This document shows positions 61,001 to 64,000 of a stretch of DNA of 64,000 nt, piece after piece; position 1 is the first letter of the stretch, and every line of letters begins with the position of its first letter. The translations under genes and the position numbers were made by a program. The notes beneath the pieces were generated by a model, which searched no databases, was not told the origin of the DNA, and saw nothing but the letters and a program-made list of their open reading frames with translations. Origin of the DNA: an uncultured Candidatus Entotheonella sp. (GTDB lineage Bacteria; Tectomicrobia; Entotheonellia; Entotheonellales; Entotheonellaceae); NCBI GenBank assembly GCA_965217185.1, contig OZ244252.1:1376001-1440000 (forward strand), written 5' to 3'.

Positions 61001-63500
61001 CGGGGAACTGTCCGTTGGCCGAGGCAATGCGGAGGTCGAGACGAGACACGCGCGGCTGCACTATGCCGGCCGTCAACGCCTGCGCCAGTTCGGGGACCGT
61101 TTCGGCAATTTCGAGTTCGGCAGTCAAGCGAACCGGCGCGTCGAGCGCCTCAATGGCGTTCTGTACGCCGAGGTTTTGCAGATCGATATCGGACGTTAAC
61201 TGCAATTGTGCAAAGGTGCCGCGAAGGGTGACGTTGCCTTGCAGGGTACCCGACAGGGCCGGGGTTGACGCGATGGTTTGCAAAGACGCGAGCGAGGGCT
61301 GCAGGATCTGAACCGACAGGCTCACCGGTGCGTCGAGCAGGCGCTCTGAGAGAGGGACGTCGGCCAGCGCCAGGTCCAGCGGTGCTTCGACATCCACCCG
61401 CATCACGTCGCGCTTGTCGTGGCGCGCTGAGATCTGGCCGGTCAGTTTCTCCCCCTCATATCGCATGCTTGCCTGGAAATGGTCGAACAGCGACTCTTGC
61501 ACCGCGGGCGGGATCAGACGGAGTTCGGCTTGGAATTGGGGCTCGATCAACGTGCCGCTCGCGTGCACGACGAGTGAGGCACGGCCTGCTATGAGATTGG
61601 ATAACGCCAAATTTTCCTGTAAATACGTCAGGTCAACGGATGACGCTTCAAGACGCACGTTGCGAATGAACTCCTCTTCAATCCCGCCGCTTAGCGAGAC
61701 CGATTCCTCACCGTGTGCCAATCGAAAAGACTTGATGTTGAAGGCTCCGGATTCCACCGTTACATCCCATGGCTCGGGGGCATGCCAAGTTCGGTCTTCA
61801 AAACGAAGCTGAACGGTGTCGAGGACTACGTGTTGCACCCCCTCGTCCAGGGTGAGATGACCGGCCAGGTGACCTTCTATCCGGGTTGACTGGTTGAGTT
61901 GTGTGGCGAAAGTCACCTTCCGTTGGACGCCATCATAGGTGGCTTGAAGCTGCGCGTTAGCGGCAGGGAATTCGCCAATCGACAGGTCGTGTAAACGCAG
62001 CTGGGCCGAGGCACGCGGGGCCGTCCCGAGCTGGCTCGCGTGGTAATCGAGTTCGAGACGTTGCAGGCGATTGGCATCGAGTTGCACCTCTGTGGCGATC
62101 AGCTTGCCCACCGCATTGAGGTCCGGCCAAGCGCCTTTGACGCTGCCTTGCAGGTGCAGCCCGCCGTTGAGTGCGTTAACGCCGAGTAGCGGCCTGAGTT
62201 GAGAGAGCTGAGCTCTCGCCTCGTAGATGAGATCGGAGGTACCCTGAAAGTCGAGGGAGCCGCCTGCAGTGACTGTGGCCAGCGATGAGATGAGCTCAAA
62301 GGCTTCAACGTGAATACGCTGAGATTGCGCCACGATGCGAACCTGCGAAGGGCTCAGGGTGACGTCGCCGAGGTGGGAGGGCTGGATGGAGACGTTCAAT
62401 TGCCCCTCAAGCGTTTGAGGCGACAGCCCTCTGGCATCGACGTCCAACACCATGTTGAGATCGCTCTTCAGGGTTTCCCGATTGGCCAATGCAGCCATAT
62501 TGAGCTGGTGCACCTTGAGCGTGCCGCGATATCGTCGGGGGCTGTCCGCCGCGTTGATTTGACCTTGAAACGTGACTTGGCCGGCTTCGGCACGCAAATC
62601 CGCATCGAGGCGGAGGTCGGCGAGAGGACCTTGGGCCTGCAAATCCAGGTGAAGTTTCCCTCGCAGGGTGTCATCAGCCAGCAAGCGGCCGATTTCAGCC
62701 CCGTCGAGTGGATGCAGTTTGGCGTTGAACTGAATCGGGCGAGGGCTGCCGGGCAACATAACGTCGAAATCTGCCTGCGTGTTTTCCGTGCGGAGTTGCA
62801 GTTGCTCGATTCGGAGCTGTTTTCCTGTCATGTGGAGCGTGCCGCGCAACCCGGTGAGATTCACCCGCGCCGGGTGGGCCTGCGCAGCGATTTCATGAAC
62901 CGTCAAGTGAACGCCCGTGTCATCGGCGTGTCCTTCTAGCGTGACCTGCAAGCCTGTAATTTCGGTGACGCCTTTGAGGAAGCCGAGTGCAAGCCGGCTG
63001 CGGCCGTCTTGTACGCGAAGACGCTTGATTCGCACGGCAATCGGCGGCGCCAAGGAACCGGCTTGGCTCGCGGCGGAGTCGGCAGGCTGCGAGGTTGCTG
63101 GGACCAGACGGGCCAGGTTGACCGTCCCGTCGGAGGCCTGACTCAGGGTAAGGTCGGGGCGGATAATTTCGATATCGTGAATGACCAGCTTTCCACGCAG
63201 TAAGCTCGCTGGTTTATAGTGCAGGTGGACGGCATCGATGCGGGCGACGACGGCGTCCGTATGGTCGCGCACGACAACATCGGCGAGGCTGGGTGCGCTG
63301 AGCAGGGAACCCTCCAATGCGCCGATTTCCAGGGTGCCATTGAGTCGGCGGGATATGCGCTGAGCAGCCGTCTGAACAAGCCATGCACGGACGGGCGCGA
63401 CAATGGGTCGAGCAGGCGTCGGAGCCGTAACCAGAAGTGTGAGAAAGAGGGTAAGCAGCCCGAGACCCACACCTGCCGCAATGGATATCCTGCGCCACAT
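58065..63500 (-). CDS. tamB: Translocation and assembly module TamB
   Basis: N-terminal TM anchor, long beta-rich body, C-terminal FSSTP...ILSLLVFG...GRYV...VEYSL. Confidence 0.9.
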   Translation of the reverse strand: MWRRISIAAGVGLGLLTLFLTLLVTAPTPARPIVAPVRAWLVQTAAQRISRRLNGTLEIGALEGSLLSAPSLADVVVRDHTDAVVARIDAVHLHYKPASLLRGKLVIHDIEIIRPDLTLSQASDGTVNLARLVPATSQPADSAASQAGSLAPPIAVRIKRLRVQDGRSRLALGFLKGVTEITGLQVTLEGHADDTGVHLTVHEIAAQAHPARVNLTGLRGTLHMTGKQLRIEQLQLRTENTQADFDVMLPGSPRPIQFNAKLHPLDGAEIGRLLADDTLRGKLHLDLQAQGPLADLRLDADLRAEAGQVTFQGQINAADSPRRYRGTLKVHQLNMAALANRETLKSDLNMVLDVDARGLSPQTLEGQLNVSIQPSHLGDVTLSPSQVRIVAQSQRIHVEAFELISSLATVTAGGSLDFQGTSDLIYEARAQLSQLRPLLGVNALNGGLHLQGSVKGAWPDLNAVGKLIATEVQLDANRLQRLELDYHASQLGTAPRASAQLRLHDLSIGEFPAANAQLQATYDGVQRKVTFATQLNQSTRIEGHLAGHLTLDEGVQHVVLDTVQLRFEDRTWHAPEPWDVTVESGAFNIKSFRLAHGEESVSLSGGIEEEFIRNVRLEASSVDLTYLQENLALSNLIAGRASLVVHASGTLIEPQFQAELRLIPPAVQESLFDHFQASMRYEGEKLTGQISARHDKRDVMRVDVEAPLDLALADVPLSERLLDAPVSLSVQILQPSLASLQTIASTPALSGTLQGNVTLRGTFAQLQLTSDIDLQNLGVQNAIEALDAPVRLTAELEIAETVPELAQALTAGIVQPRVSRLDLRIASANGQFPASDPDQPAQPITVKELHLQANAAWSPDGFQATIDHFQATTDALDLPSATLSATAHISPSQFDLRQIRIITPKSRIEGQGQMTLADRRFNLRLQVPRLNLAEFASSWPPSLSREVTGALQLGGSASEPTLMAQLRYGETDVHLKGAADLQRPAYSAEITLNDLDIATFLPTADGTFDAQMSLKGSGFSESERRADLRLAVNSQDFNLAPELSGVVRAALVGSAVTLDEFHFDSIPVQLTAAGVLSQTRQLQADYQVLFKDLTPLGPQLGTPVRANGGLTGSISGALDALQAQSQMQLDDWRYGDFQGERVRVTFQGEELTTNPRATLTASLDGIQGSALPASSVTFDGRYRDQQAQVDFSVTDGPYRQTRISGHVALQEDQDVRLDTLRLQYRHWRWTNPNPIRMVRQANGTILLRDFHLQYGEQAIRASGSLRPSGPLAASFSLNQVEIEPWLRAFVPGVPAAGRMNLHLTAKGSVEHPEAAGVLQLSDLTWNDQSLGEIRLDLGLADGTVENHLQWHNGSMALLDVQGVVGLQNDYPLDLKVTSSSFDLARLAPFIDAIQESSGRLDAQLRVGGTAKAPDLHGNVSLREGVLLLAVIGEPYRDIQARLNLANNRLDIDDLRLASTTGTVGVNGWLEFTGGGLEQLQLSLQAHDFTAMNTPSIQARLTGAVEAQGSLDALTVKGDLTIPRARIRIDDFGAGPVSVSPSDLTVPGVYGGDPEGEIDATKADKAAPESSITRNLQTELSVRMPKNVWLVGPETALELRGSFLVAKNFDEPFVIGGSAETVRGFVGFMGKKFDLERGKMTFTGANEFNPFLDVVARHEVSGYSIALHVEGESKRPQFNFSSTPDLAEEDILSLLVFGKTRDRLSGSEKTALSSHAAEVAGNVISKFLEKRVGSTLGLDTLEVDVEDEFGSGSVRGGRYVTQDLFISYQHQLGEEGRNTVGVEYSLSPHVKLKGTSNDEGQTSLDLLWRIDY

Positions 63501-63564
63501 GCTCAGCGCTCCTTCTCTCGGTTAGGCGGCAGACCAGCGGCAATAGGGATCCTGACCTATTACC

Positions 63565-64000
63565 TCAAAAGGCCTGGATGATACTGAGCTCAACACGGCC
63601 AAACGGTTCATCCGGGCGGCGGTCCGTGATGAAGCCCACGTCGAAGCGGAGCGGGCCAATCGGGGTGTCGTAGCGAATGCCCGGACCGACGGCATAACGC
63701 AACTGATCGAGATGATAGACGAGAGACGGTTCAAACACCTGGCCGAAATCCACAAAAAGAACCCCGCCCAGATCGCCGATGAATGGAAAGCGAAGCTCCG
63801 TGCTCCCTTCGATCAAGCTATGACCGCCAAGGGGTGCATTGCCGTCAGTGAGCGGTCCCACCCGGTTCACGGCGAAACCCCGGATGCTACCTGGGCCGCC
63901 GGCAAAAAAGCGGACGTTGAACGGCACGACCTCACTATTCCCGTAGGGCTGTACGAAACCGAGCTTGAGGCGTGCGGCAAATGTCACTCGGCGCCAGAGA
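63565..64000 (-). CDS. tamA: Omp85-family barrel C-terminus (TamA/BamA-like), 5' end outside window
   Basis: RFFAGGPGSIRGF, FVDFG, G.RY.TPIGPLRFD, terminal Phe; directly upstream of tamB. Confidence 0.85.
   Translation of the reverse strand, partial: LWRRVTFAARLKLGFVQPYGNSEVVPFNVRFFAGGPGSIRGFAVNRVGPLTDGNAPLGGHSLIEGSTELRFPFIGDLGGVLFVDFGQVFEPSLVYHLDQLRYAVGPGIRYDTPIGPLRFDVGFITDRRPDEPFGRVELSIIQAF

Overview
High-GC bacterial DNA from a diderm (TamAB, Tat substrates, lipoprotein). The gene mix (PPOX/F420 enzyme, many solute-binding proteins, IS and TA decay, small TM/coiled-coil orphans) resembles host-associated lineages such as sponge-symbiotic Tectomicrobia; that is an inference only. Layout: (1) 1-10.3 kb, catabolic and transport genes with an ORF-less group II intron at 2375-3123 (minus strand) whose EBS1/EBS2 still match its flanking exon; (2) 10.4-31.5 kb, an accessory island of TA modules, REP/MITE elements, IS66, IS1182-like, ISAzo13, IS701-like and IS5 elements, pseudogenes, a pentapeptide-repeat membrane protein and a surface lipoprotein put out of frame by a C13 tract; (3) 32-64 kb, menFDHC, an SBP/VOC/aminotransferase operon, a Fur-rubrerythrin fusion divergent from an Fe3+ ABC transporter with two matching operator palindromes, yejBEF-[XamI-like R-M]-yejA, a HugZ-like gene, qNor and tamAB. 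No rRNA, tRNA or CRISPR array was seen. All calls come from reading motifs by eye; no database search was run.
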